Position numbers and translations under genes: made by a program. A stretch of 64,000 nt of DNA, taken from the NCBI GenBank assembly GCA_964188305.1, contig OZ076889.1; one strand, 5' to 3'. The stretch's first letter is position 1. Each line of letters begins with the position of its first letter. Below, piece after piece: positions 50,826-64,000 of the stretch. The notes below the pieces were generated by a model. The model did no database searches. It had not been told where the DNA came from and saw only the letters and a list, made by a program, of their open reading frames with translations. Origin of the DNA: Podarcis bocagei. Its lineage: Eukaryota.

Positions 50826-53283
50826 TACTATGAAACATATGTCATGGAAGCTCCAGTAATAGCTGTGGGCCTTCACAGGTGGCAGCTGAATTTCGAGAGA
50901 GCAAGAGAGAATGAGTGTGGTTCAGCATTACACGGCTGGTCTTTGATCAGTCCCAAAATAAAAGCTTCCTCCTTCTACACCTTTACAATGGGGAAAGGTT
51001 AGTGTGCTTTATTATGTGCATATGAAATGAGCATCGACACACCTAATTTATTTAATAGGGATAAGCATTCATAATTTCCTTTCTGAAGCCAGATGCCATA
51101 AATGCATTTGGAAATGCATCAGATCCCTTGACAGTGATGAACACTGAATTAAGAGGAGTTGCATCATGCAAAACAGGCTTTTAAAATAAAACCATTTATG
51201 GTGCTAAGCACAAGAGCTACACAAATATATCCAGAGGTTGTGAAACCATCAATAGGTTTTGTCTTGCATCTACTAGTTTTGTTTTAAGGGTACAAATTTA
51301 TTCAACTACATTTCAGTAGCAATTGATGCTGAAGCCTGTCTGAGAGAAAGCTGCAACAATCATTTACTTTTGTGTGTGTGTGCTCATCATTGTGGGGAGC
51401 ATACTATTTTAATATGTCAGAATATGGTATTTGCTAGCATTTCCCCTGCTGCTTTGATTGCAAACGAGAAATCAAAGGTAAATATATTGCATCCAATTAT
51501 ACTTAGGTCCTGTCCCCCACCTCAGTGGCGTCTGAGCAGCTATGTTAATCCACACACAGCTGATGACATCCGCAGATCAAGTTTCTGGCTACTAAAGGGA
51601 ATAAAATGCCCCAATGTGCTTGAATAGGAGAGGTTGGGTGGAACTCTGCAGACTATTGGCTCATTTAGGAGGGATGTTGTTTCCTCCTGTGCTTTGCCTG
51701 TTTTGCTTTGGTCAAATGGCTAGGCAATGAATGTTGTGCCACTGCAGGAAGGAACTGGTAGTGTGAGTACCTCTTTCTGGTTGTGCATTTCTATGTTTTG
51801 AAGGTGCTTTAAAAGGAACTATAGGAGGGATTGCTCCCTCCCAATCATTTTTACAGACCAAGCCGAGGCTCCTTTAAGCTACGCAAAAATAAGACTTTCT
51901 CACAATAATAAATATATCTGCAGCAAATTAGTTTCTCCCTTGCCCCCATCTCTGAAAAAAATAAGAGATGTAGTGAGAAATGTATTGCAAACAAGCTGTG
52001 GTTCCTTTTTCTTCCCTTCATGGAAAGGAATTCTTTCTTTCCACTTCACATTGTCTGACCAGGCATAACATACCCTGGAGTATGTTGCATAAAAACATGA
52101 TGTTTTCTGCCCATTAAACTTCACATGTACAGGAAAGTGCAATCCATGGGTTTCTTTTATAATCTAGTGTTGTTAGTACACGTCACTAGGTCTCCCAAGA
52201 GGACATGCTAAAATCGCTTATTCAAGGCTGTCTCTGTGTATTAAGTGAAATTTGCACTGTAAAGATCTATGAAACTGTGACCTTTTTCTTTTCAAAGCAT
52301 TTTCTTATTTTCTTTTAACTGTATTTGTTTTGCATTACTTTATGCTATCAAGGGTTCTATAAAATAAATTTCTCTATGACCTTTCATCTTGCAGGAAAAA
52401 ATAGGTTAACCCATTTTAAAAAGGTAATGTTGTAGTAGTCAGCAAAGCTGTTCAAGGTTCTTCTTTTGCATGGCTGATACGCTGAGAAAATGTTCAATGG
52501 ACTTTGGTTTAGGAGACAATACCTACTTAAATTAATCTTTGTCAGATACATGACAGAACAGACAATTCAAATGTTATCCCTATCAGCACCCCTGCCGCAC
52601 AAACACACAAACACACACACACACATAAAACACATTAACATTACACTGGTTCTTTTAATAAATTATTTTTTTGTGATGGAAGGGTACCATTCAATATTGT
52701 AAGGGGTTAGGTTTCTTTTAAAGCAACCTTTCCTTTCTGAGTATGGACTTCTCCTCTCTCAAAGTGTCAAAAATGGTTGGTTTGTTCTCTTTAAACACAC
52801 ACATCTGCTATTTTGCTGCCAACTATAGCCATTTTGAATTATTCCTATACAGAGGGCCTGATACTACAGTGGCAAGGAAGCAGAGCGTACCCTTTTCCTT
52901 GTAGAACCAAGGCCAGGTATATGTCATTATTTTTAAGGCTCTTTAAGGAATACATATTCTTTACATTACATGTCCTTTTCTCCCAGACATCTATAGAGGT
53001 GGGAAAATCTGGTTTTCTATTCCTATCTTATCATACTAATAGCAGGATTCTTAGTTTTCTGAAATCCACGTGATTCATTTTTTGCGATTCCATGCATGCA
53101 GTGCTTGTTTGGTATGTTCTAAGATTCAGATGACTGAGAATGTCAGCTTTCATTGTTTAAAAATAAATAAGGTTTCTAGCTCCTGGTAATTTATTTGAAA
53201 GCACATTGGCAATGTCTGGAAAAAGGATCTGGGAAGTAGAGTTACCTGACCCTCTTTCATAGCACCTTTTCTATGACATAAAA

Positions 53284-53357
53284 GGACGTGGGTGGTGCTC
53301 TGGTCTAAACCACTGAGCCTCTTGGGTTTGCCAATCGGAAGGTCGGTGGTTCGAATC
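53284..53357 (+). mobile_element. Sauria SINE 5' head (3'-truncated)
   Basis: ggacgtgggtggtgctctggtctaaaccactgagcctcttgggtttgccaatcggaaggtcggtggttcgaatc, including the Pol III B box GGTTCGAATC. Confidence 0.8.
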
Positions 53358-53542
53358 TATGACATGCTTCTTTCTTTTTATTTTTTGCAAGTTCTCAAAA
53401 TTCTACAGTAGTTCTCATTGGAGTTCAGAATCAGGTATGCAAACTGTCGGATTGGCTCATTTCAGTCTACAGTGGTTCTTTTGTCCCTTGGGGTATGCAC
53501 ATTCAGTGTACTTTATCATTACTGAGAACTGTGGCTCTAGGT

Positions 53543-53678
53543 CAGGCATAGGCAAACTCGGCCCTCCAAATGTTTTGGGACTACAACTCCCATGATCCCT
53601 AGCTAACAGGACCAGTGGTCAGGTATGATGGGAATTGTAGTCCCAAAGCATCTGGAGGGCTGAGTTTGCCTATGCCTG
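53543..53678. mobile_element. hAT-type MITE
   Basis: TIRs CAGGCATAGGCAAACTC / GAGTTTGCCTATGCCTG and an 8-bp TSD ctctaggt. The interior is shared with 8579-8715. Confidence 0.9.
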
Positions 53679-56600
53679 CTCTAGGTGCACCTCCCACACC
53701 TCTGCTCTGCTCTCCCTCCTTCGCTCGGTGAAAGAAGGTGAACACCAAGCTGATGTTCCTTGACTAAGCAGAGCAAGCAGGCTGGAGCGGGTATGGGAGG
53801 TGTACATATGCTTCTCATTCCCCACAAAAGCCAGGAAGAATATCTACATATGTGCCCATGCGCATGAGCTGCAACATGAAGTGGGAAAAATAGAACATAA
53901 ACATGCATGCATGGGGAAATCTGTTGCTACTCAGTTTATAAAGCCTGAGGAAATGCAGGAATAAAAAGTCATTATTTCGTAAGTTACCGTATGTTAGCTG
54001 ACTGACTGTGCTGCCTTCTTTGAACATAGCTGAACTGTAAGATGGTGAAAGCTGGAGTGTGCTTGTTTTTAGCTCTGCAGTCCTAGGGCAACCCTTACAC
54101 CCTTTTTCGATGTTAAAATTCCCATGGCTGCGTAGGAATCACATAATATCACATACTGAATGAAACATCATGGTCTTCAGTACCAAGAATTGTCCAAGAG
54201 TTCCATATGTGACTCCATCTCTAAAGCTAAGCAGATCTGGCATGTCATCTTAAAAAGTTAAGTCAGTTTGTCCCTGGAAAGGGGATCATCTGGGAATTCC
54301 ATGTTTCCAAGACAAAGGGGGCAGGATAAAAATGGAGCCGCATTCTAGATAGCAACAGCATAGTGATGCTACAAAAAAGCTGCTCATGGGGAGAATAAAT
54401 GCTTCCTCTAGATCAGCCTTCCCTAATCTGGTGACCTCCAGATGTTTTGGACTACAAAGCTGGTGGCAGTTGTGGTCTGCAACATGTGGAACCACTATTG
54501 GCCACCCCTGGATATCTCTAGGAACTATTCTTACAGGGCATTTCTATGCATGACTACTCAAAAGTAGTTCTTATTTAGTTCAATGGATTTACTCTCAGGG
54601 CAGTAAGCATTGTAGTCTAACTAACACTGGGTTTTGTTTTGCAACTGAAAAACAAAAGTCAAAGAAGCACTGAGATAGGACAAAGGTCAGGGGACATACA
54701 TTAAATAAGCATTCACCTGGAGCTAAGATTGAATAGACAGTGTGGAACATTTTACTTGTAATTATGGTGACAGGCTCTTTTGATGGCAAATGGAAAAGCC
54801 AAGCACTACATCTTTCTTGTGCAGACAGTATTGTTTCTGCCCTAAAGTCTCTGCTGGCTGGCATCTGAGCGAATTCAAAAGCATGATGGATTTAGTAGAG
54901 ATAATGGTTTTCCACATGGAAATTCAGTATTGTGCTGAATGTTCTGAAGATGCGAAATAGTCCCTGGGTTGAGTTGTTGCTCAATGGAATGTCTACCCCC
55001 CCTGTCACCACATACCCCCTGTACTCTTCCAAATCAGCTGTAGAGGGTTGGGGAAAACCCATGAACAGATCTGTGGGGGGCACAGGAAGGAAGGGAAGGG
55101 AGGGAAATTCCATTATGTGAGTGGAAGTCATTCTGCTTGTGCAGTCATTTAGTTGGATACAAGCCCCTGAAATTGTGTGTGATCATTTCACCCACACATA
55201 GGAGACATGTCATATCTAAAATTCAAAGGACTCTGGCTAGCACATTTTGCAAATAACACTATTTACATGGAAGTTGATATCATATTACAAAATATTGTTA
55301 AAAAGGATAGGTGAAAGGACTGTATACAAATACAGCATCTTTTCATTTTCCAGTACAATTGCCAACTTATTAAAGGACATTTATCCTTTGATTAACTATT
55401 TTTCAATTAAGTATGTTAAGATATGTTTCTCCTTAATAGCTTACTTCCTCTCCTTTAAATATAATAGAAGTCATTTGTATGGCAAATCAATTTTTTTTAA
55501 AATACCGCTTGAATTAAGAGACAGAAATAAATTGTTTGCAACATTTACAACCGGTAACAAGATTGTTTTACACGCAGTAGTGCCAATTAAATTAAATCCA
55601 AGATTTTCACCTGCAGTTAATAGTTCAATCATTGCTAAGTCACTGTTTTTAGTAACTGGGTGCTCTGCTGTTTTGAGGACTTTTTAGATCCATTTCGGGC
55701 TGCAATCCTGCACAACTCTAATCTGCTTAAATGCCATTGACTTGGGCTTTGTTTCAGCCAGCCCAGCTGCCTATGACTTTACTTTTTTTAATAATCTGGT
55801 AGGAAAAAGGAGCCATGCAAAGGAAACTTCCTTCTCATGAGCAAAATCAGCGTAGTAGTTTTTATACCATTGGTATTGCTTATTTCAAATTCAGTCCATG
55901 TCCCCCTGTATACCCCATAGTTCCTGACAGCCACATAGTGTGACCAGATGCGTAAGAGGACACAGGTCCTACACCTTTAGTAATTGTGTAGAAGAGGAAT
56001 TTAGGTGTAACTTACATGACACACGGCTTGCATAGAGTAACTGAGGTTTTGAATAGTTCAGAATATAACAAACTTAACAGAACAGCTATTTTTTAAATAA
56101 AAAACCCCATCAAAGTTATATGAATGAGGTGAGCATATATTTACAGAGAAAGTTAACGTTTTCTCAGTCAAAGTATAATCATCACCACTATGCTGGCTGC
56201 TTCTCACAGGATTATTTTGTGTTTGGTGTGTGGACAGCAGCCTACAAAATATATACCCCACTCCTCAAGTATGAATGCTACTCACATCTGATTTCCTCAC
56301 CAATGTTCCACTTTAAATACATGTGAATAAATTACATAAACCCTTCATCCCTAGCAGGTAGAGTATATTTATTTAGTTGCATCTCTATACTTCCCTTTCT
56401 TTAAAGGGAGTTTAGGACGATGTATCTTGAATATTAAAATGGTAATATAATGTACAGCCACTCCAGGTAGCCATTCAAGAATGCAAAAGCTCAGCTCTTA
56501 CAACTTTTTGTTTTGTTGGCATATTGTAATGCTTCTTAGGAGAGCCCTATTCCCCTCACGGAGCTACAATTCCCAGAGCTCCCTGGGAAGAGGGATTGTT

Positions 56601-56751
56601 AAACCGCTCTGGGAATTGCAGCTCCAAGAGGCGAATAAGGCTCTCTTAACAACTCTCAGCACCCTTAACAAACGACACACTTCTGTAACCATATGCTCTC
56701 AGAATTATTTTTCTGTAGTATTTTTGCTTATATCAGTACCAGTCCTTAGAT

Positions 56752-56851
56752 CAGGGTTGAGGAACATGAAGCCCTCACCATGCCTCTTGGTCAGGGATGA
56801 GGGGAGTTGTAATCCAACAACATCTGGAGGGCCACAATTTCCTCATCCCTG
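56752..56851. mobile_element. hAT-type MITE (internally deleted)
   Basis: CAGGGTTGAGGAA / TTCCTCATCCCTG and an 8-bp TSD ccttagat. Confidence 0.8.
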
Positions 56852-57666
56852 CCTTAGATGGAAGGGAAAGCTACCTAGCTTCCCAAACGTTTTTTATGAC
56901 AGTCTTCCCCAGGCCAGTGATTTTGGGAACTCTTTAATGAAGGTACAGTATTTTGAAACCCTGCAAGCTGCAAAAGGGCCGCATTAATATATATATCCAT
57001 CCTCGTGGCTTGACTGTGGTTTCTGTGTTTATTTCCATTCTTCTTCCTTCAGTGGACTGTATTTAAGTACTGTACCTCATTCCATCAGTGCAAGGATTTC
57101 AGTTTGTGCAGTGGGACTCCCCTGTACATGTATGTGCCCTGTACCCTCTCCTAATCTGCTTCAGAGGATTGAGTGAACCACTGGAATGGATTTAGGGGAC
57201 AACAGGGGGAGAACATTCCATTGTGTCAGCAGAAATCCTCTTGCTGACAGAACAAGGGGCGCAGCACTACATCGAATATTGATGTTTCACAGGGATGATG
57301 ACTTCAGATAACTTTTGAGAGTCGCTTTTATGTTTTTATTCATTCAAGAGAGCAGCACTGCTATGTTAGCGCTGGAAAAGCGTTTTGTCACACTTCTACA
57401 CTCTGATAAACCCTCTTTCCTTTCTGCTGTGTCCTCCTATCCCCATTGTGCTCTCTGCAGCAGCAGCAGCACCTCTTAGATACCCCACCTTGCTTTCTTT
57501 ACTAATTATTACTAATTAGTTATTATTACTAATTACTAGCTTTGTTTTTTAAAAATCTATCTTGCTTTTCTTGGGTAATTCAAAGTGGTTCATGGCACAC
57601 AGTTAAAACAATAAACAATGAGTTGCTGTGCAGTAAGTCGGAAGATGAAAGGAATAAGGGAGAATA

Positions 57667-58009
57667 CAGTGGTACCTCGCAAGACTAATGCCTCGCAAGA
57701 CGAAAAACGCGCAAGATGAAAGAGTTTTCCGTTTTTTGAGTCGTTCCGCAAGACGAATTTCCCTATGGGCTTGCTTCGCAAGACGAAACGTCTTGCGAGT
57801 TCTTGAGAGTTTGTTTCCTTTTTCTTAAAGCCGCTAAGCCGTTAATAGCCACTAAGCCATTAATAGCCGCTAAGCTGTTAATAGCCGCTAAGCCGTCAAT
57901 AGCCGCTAATAGCCGCTAAGCCGCTAATAGCCGTGCTTCGCAAGATGAAAAAACCGCAAGACGAAGAGACTTGCGGAACGGATTAATTTCGTCTTGCGAG
58001 GCACCACTG
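57667..58009. mobile_element. Tc1/mariner MITE with an internal TAAGCCG/TAATAGCCGC minisatellite
   Basis: TA-CAGTGGTACCTCGCAAGAC ... GTCTTGCGAGGCACCACTG-TA. Confidence 0.88.
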
Positions 58010-61000
58010 TATTATATACTCTTTCCTTTCCACTTCAGAGGTCTTGCTTCATGTATTCCCACCAAATGAACTTCAGTTGGTGTCCATTAGAACATTTTCA
58101 CAATAGCTGAGTCAATTTTATGGAACTATTCAGGTCCTAAGTTGAGATAACTCTGAACTGCCATCTCTAGTACACCATCTCTCATATGTCCCTTTTCTTC
58201 TGTTACAGTTCAGTCCTATGCATTTCTACTTCCAGGTAAATATATATAGGATTGTATGCTCAGATGCTTGTTATACTCTACTTCTGTCCTGCAGTAAAGG
58301 TATTTCCATGTATAATGAGTGCTCCTGACAGGAATTAGTAGCCGATCCTGGCTTCTAAAGGGTGTCCTAGTATGTTAGATAGGTTTTGAAACATGCTTAT
58401 CTCATCTAAAGATGGAGAAATCGAAGGCATTTTAAGACGGTGTTAGATTTAAAAAATATATTTTAATGTCCCATTTTCTGTGGATTGTTTTTATGTACAT
58501 TTATGCTTAGAAATAAGATTAATTTAATGGTATGTAAATATCCTAAATAAATAAAAATTTTAGATGCACACTAAAAAAAAAAACGTAGGTTACTATACAC
58601 CTAAGAAATGTAGTGTGTCAGTCAACTCAGATGAGACAGGTTTTATAGCATAGCTTTCTGGCTTGAGCAGTTGGGAAAAAATCAGAACAAACTCTGAATG
58701 CCTCTATAACACCAGGGAGGAGGAGAACAATATCCCATCTTCATCCCCACAGCTGATGGGCCTGTGTGGCCTCAGAGGCTTCCATAAAACGATGGGTACA
58801 GGCTACAAACAATAGGAATTATATCGGGAGAAGGGGATACCTGGGCCTCATGCTGTGCAGACCCGGTGTTATGTTACCATGTCTGAATACTTTTATACAA
58901 AGCATTTACTTCTGTTTGACAAGTGAGTGGAAGTGTGTAGTCTAGGAGACAAAAATAGAGCCTTTTTCTCAGTGTTCTTTCCCATCACTTCCTGTACTGG
59001 GAAAGTACTGCTGACCTTGTGGGATCTGTCAGGCTCGTAGCCAGAGAGAGAATGGCAGTGTGCACCATCAGTGCTGCTAGCAATAATGAAGCACTGTTTG
59101 GCCTTCAGTGACATTATGCAGCTATGTAAATCAAAGAGCAAGGGTCAGGGAAAAGGATAAGCGTATGTCAAAATATGTGACAATGGGTAATAGTGCATAT
59201 TATACGACAAGAGTTCTGTGGCTCAAGCCTAGGATTGTGGCCATGGTACCGTTTTTTGGCCCTTTAAAAATGTTTCAGCCTTGGCATGTTGAAGATTAAC
59301 CATTTCTGTCATAATGATGGGTCACAGTGACACTTCGTATGTGTGAATGGATTAGTGGTTGTCTTGGCCATGAGTGCAGCTTCTGAAGCAGGCACCGTAG
59401 ATTTATTGCTGTCTGGAGACACAAGGGCTGGATCTACACAAATATAAAAATGCTATGGGGAAAAAACAGCTATAAAAATATGTGTGCAATTTGCCATTGA
59501 GCTCTACAGCAGCACCTGGTGTCACATTTTTATAACACACTTACAACGTTATAATTGTAGCTGTGTAGCTGAGTCCAAAGTTTGCCCTTGGTGTTCATGA
59601 AGCCTGTAGTTATCATAAATGGAATACATTTTGTAGGGTTTATTATGTTTGGAAGGGAAGGAACTTTTTCAGGAATTTACACTGTTAAGCTTTCAAGGGA
59701 CAACTCACAGTGTGCTACTATTGCCCTAGCTAGACTGAAAATGAGCAGAGATTGCATGGTATCAGTACTTGGTGGTGACAGGAAAGTGTGTGGTGCTTAA
59801 AACAGTGAACTTTGAAAAAAAATTGATTTTATCATTGTGTTTTTTTTAAAAAAATATATCTCCATTTGTATCAGCTTCCTGTGCTGCATCAAAAGGGAAT
59901 GTCCTTAGCTACAAACTTGAATATATGCAAGGTCCCCTTATCTGTGTAAGATAAATTACCATTGTTTAGGAAAGGCACTCCAGGGACTGAAGAATTTAAT
60001 TAAATACATGGGGGTTATGAATATGCATATAAATTAGACAGGCTTGATCTGAAATGGCTTCAGTACAACTGAAGGGAATTTTTCTGACTTCAAACAGATT
60101 TTTTTTTTTTTTTGGTAGGAAATCTGAAGACAAGTAAGCACCCTTACACATTTTGCCAGGTAGTCCTGATGATTTGAAAGGTTTCAGGTAATTGAACAGT
60201 GGAAATTATCCATTGCAATACAATTGTTGTCAGACAGCCTGCACAAATGCCACACATTACCTCCCCCCCTTTTTTGTTATCCTGGCCTTAACAAACCTTG
60301 ACAACAACCAATAGGGCAGGGATTGTGGTTATGCTGACCCAGATAAAAGGCTAGAAAAGCAATGAGGATGTATGTTTATTGTGCTTGAAAAAGGGGGAAG
60401 ATGACATAGATCTGATGAAAGGCTGGAAAGCTTTGTGTCTGGTTATTGCATTATTAGGTTATATGCAGACAGCATACATGTTATTGCTAAATCATTATTG
60501 TGGAGTTCGCATTGCTTTTGCTGTTGCCATCTTATTAAATGGGTGCTGGTAAATAATAATAATAATACCTTTATTGTCACTTCACCACCTCTGTGCAGTG
60601 AAATTAAACATTCTAGTAAACATTCTAATAGCAACATCTTATTGCTGCCATAATATTCCCAGTACTTAGTATACATTGATAATTTTTCTTATTTAATTTC
60701 CAGTACAGTAGTGCATTTTGTAGGTTTTTTTTCCACCCTTCACTTTTCACAAAAATAAAATCACATCAAGTTTGTATGAGGAATGCTATTGAAACTTAGC
60801 TTTTGGAAATAGTTTCATATGCACAGTTCAAATACATGTATTCATTAGCACTGTGTGGAATTGGGGGATTAGAAAAGATAAGAAAAGATTGACAGAACAA
60901 TGCAGCTACCATGTTTGTAAGAGGCTGTCACAGTATTACGCCCAGGAGTGAGCCTTGTGGCTTGCTACCTCTGGAAGCATGAGTTTATTCTGACATAACA

Positions 61001-61777
61001 CCAAGCAGGGCATTTTTTGTGATAGAGCTCAGTGGAATGGAGTAGTTTTTCATTTGGTTGCCTCCAGCTTGTGGCGGTGCTTGTATTGCACGATGGGAGG
61101 CTATTGGCAGACAATGTGTTGCGATCTGCTATGTCATTGGAGAAGGTAGCACTTTGTTCTTTGTTCCCATTGCCAGCAGTCAAATAAATAGATAGCATTA
61201 TCACACTGTGTTTCTAGCTTGAGGCAAGCTAATTCTGATTTGGGGCCAGGGAATCAAAACATTGCTGAAAGTATATGAAGCTGGACTAAACATACCTGCT
61301 AACCTTTTGGCAAATTGTTCTGCCCTTCACATACAATAGCATTCAAACATAGGTTTTATGTAAAAAAAAAGGTACCCCCCCCCTTGTGATATCTTTTTAC
61401 TCCTGGCTTCAAGTAATTTAATATTATTCAAACAAAAATGATAATTTTTAATAATCCAAGTGTTTGTGGTAAAACTTGGGTAATAGAAATAGATGGTTCC
61501 CCCCTCTCTGTACTTGCAGATTTTTAATACATCTGTGTTTACATTTACAAACCAGGAGAGAGCAGCTGAGAATAAACTTTAAGACTTCTTGGCCTAAAAA
61601 GATACGCACAGCAATAGAAAGACAAATAGTGTGAAATTTCACAGTCATGCGAATCTTTTCCTTTTCCTTTTTAAGTGATATTCTCAAAGGAAAATAATCA
61701 CACTCATTTTGAATTTCTTACAGATCAGCTCTGGATTATTTTGTGTGTGTTTTGACAGTGTATTGCTCTGTATAAAT

Positions 61778-61913
61778 CAGGCTTCCTCAACCTCGGCCCT
61801 CTAGATGTTTTTGGCCTACAACTCCCATGATCCCTAGCTAGCAGGACCAGTGGTCAGGGATGATGGGAATCATAGTCTCAAAACATCTGGAGGGCCGAGG
61901 TTGAGGAAGCCTG
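61778..61913. mobile_element. hAT-type MITE (same family as 8579-8715, opposite orientation)
   Basis: TIRs CAGGCTTCCTCAACCTCGGCCCT / AGGGCCGAGGTTGAGGAAGCCTG and an 8-bp TSD gtataaat. Confidence 0.9.
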
Positions 61914-62779
61914 GTATAAATGTGCCCTTTTCTGCCAATATTACGTGTTTCCAGGGTTTCCAAATTAAGCAGTGCCAAAGGAAAAGAGCTACTTAAGGTA
62001 AAATCTTGACAGGCAGTTACATTTTTGCAGGATGCGGCAAGTACTTTTAAAATGTTATGGGACTTCTGAGAACAAAACAGAGAAGTAGCAACATACTGTA
62101 CTGTATTATGTATGTACCCTGGATGGTGGGCAGAGCTATCCAAACCCAAGCCCTCACACTGCAGGGGTTTTAGATGAGGCAAAGGTGTGCTGGTTTGGGT
62201 CTCTGCCATTGCAGAACTCCTAACTGTGGCCACCTAAACTTCAGGCAGTTAGAAACTACTGCTGGCATATATCCCTGAAAGGGGGAAGGTCACTGAGAGG
62301 CCAGAACTATGCCAGCCAAGGATCCACTGGATCCTAAGTTGGTCTGACTGCTAGCAATGGACAGCAAAAATGCAATATTTCCCTATCTTCCCAACCTTTT
62401 GTCCTGGCTGGCATGAGTAAGGGGGTTGCAGATACAAAAGTAGCTCTGCATGACCCATTGCTTTTTAAAGTGTAGTACGCACAAATGCATGAAAATACTC
62501 CAAATGTGGGACTCGGCATCCTGGGAGATATATTTTGCCCAATCTTGCCAACTGAAGTGTCTGTTTAAGCAAGTTTTTGGCTTGTCTGCTGTTTCAATGG
62601 GAATTTGTTATTGATACTCCATAGTTTTGACTTTTTTATTTGTTTCTTTTATATCTTGTTATATTGCATTACAGTTTCATTATTCATGTTTAGCGGTTTT
62701 ATTGTTGATGTTAGCTGTCTTCAGCCATCGTTTGGAATTGAAAAGGTGCAACAGACACCCCTTAACAAGTTAATAAACT

Positions 62780-62910
62780 TTTGGCTAACCACTTCTGTCT
62801 GCCTCAGCTCCATCTGCTGTACCAGGATAAAATATATGGACCCATCTTATGGGGCTGTTGTAATAGTTATTGAGAGAAATGTATGCAAAGTGCTTTGAAT
62901 ATCTGAAATG
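62780..62910 (+). mobile_element. MIR-like CORE SINE remnant
   Basis: cttctgtctgcctcagctccatctg...ggggctgttgtaatagttattgagagaaatgtatgcaaagtgctttga. Confidence 0.5.
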
Positions 62911-64000
62911 TTCAAAGACAATATTTGTCTTTTAACACATAAATTAGTAAGCAAGCTCTGATTGTATGCGATCGAATAAAATGTAGGTGATTGTGAACAG
63001 GTAAGCACAAAAGTCTAATCTGACTTCTGAACCTTTGGTGGAAATTCCTTACTCTATAAATTTTGCACAGAACCATAGTTTTAAAGGCTTGAAAGTCATC
63101 TAACTCTTCTTCACTAAGCCAAGGTCCTCCCACAATCTGTGGTCATGCACATTATAGTGGAATTGAGGGCAAGGAGCTTGCTTTGGTGGGGAACAAAGCC
63201 AGGCTTCTTGGGAATCAGAATTCTGAGCTATATTGTGCATTGCACACGCACAATGCATGCCCCCAATGTTTTATTCAGTCTTTCTGCTCATGGAACAAAG
63301 CTGTAGGAGGTCACATGAGCTGGTTTTTAAAAGTTGCTTAGCAGCCTGCAAAATGTAAACAACTTTGACCTCTCGCAAAGGGTAGAGATTTAAGAATGGC
63401 ATCCAGTAGTGTTGTGTGTGAACATGCACCTCATGTGGCGAAGTAGCTGATGGACCAAACTTACCATTGCCCTCTGGGCATGTACTTTGATAAGAATTAG
63501 AGGCTGATCTCTCACTGCTTAGAACTGACTCTGTTATTTTCATTTTGCTGCTGAAGAGCTATTGGATAACTGAGACCAAGAAAAGAGATCGAATCTGTCC
63601 TGCGTAAAGTGAGGGTGACACATGTATAATCTGGTAGCACAGCATTAGTTGAGGTTCAGATTGATGTCAGGCTTAAAGCAAAGTCAAGGCAATCAGATAA
63701 AAGCTTTTTAGTCTATTGGATGAATGCACAAGATCTGGCTAGGAGCAGATTTTTTCAGCAAATGTCAGTCTAGGAATGATCCATCATCACTGATTAAAAT
63801 TTGTGTTTGGCTGCAGAAACAAATTGCCAAGGCACATGGATGGCCTTTGTCATTTGGAGATTCTTTGGGAAATACACATTCATCTTCTAATTGAACCTAG
63901 AAGGCTAATGCTAGAAACACCAGATGGAGGTTTGCTGGCTGTGTTGAGCAAGTATTAAGACAGCAAATAGTCCTTTCCCATCTTAAACAAAAAACGAAGC

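Overview
Vertebrate genomic DNA. The repeat content (Sauria-SINE head, Ther1/MIR-derived SINE, L2, CR1, RTE, L1, hAT and Tc1/mariner MITEs) points to a squamate, probably a lacertid lizard. Three protein-coding loci were reconstructed by hand from splice sites and reading frame. (1) An 11-coding-exon, 377-aa coiled-coil gene on the minus strand (19900->9153), called CCDC163 from its head-to-head position with MMACHC and its N-terminal similarity. It uses two GC-AG introns and resembles CCDC159 over most of its length. (2) A complete 4-exon MMACHC (cblC cobalamin-processing protein, 246 aa, 21100->29666). The two genes share a CpG-island bidirectional promoter with ZNF143/THAP11-type motifs. 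(3) The first coding exon of ZSWIM5 (41370-42084), followed by at least 22 kb of intron 1. A possible terminal exon of an unidentified upstream gene lies at 1021. There are no prokaryotic-type systems. The main leads are the full-length CCDC163/CCDC159-like gene, the extremely tight and possibly overlapping promoter, the non-human gene order (no PRDX1 seen after MMACHC), MITEs carrying ZNF143-like motifs, several nested TE insertions with perfect TSDs, and an unexplained three-stem inverted-repeat element. Homology statements rest on recalled reference sequences and need database confirmation.
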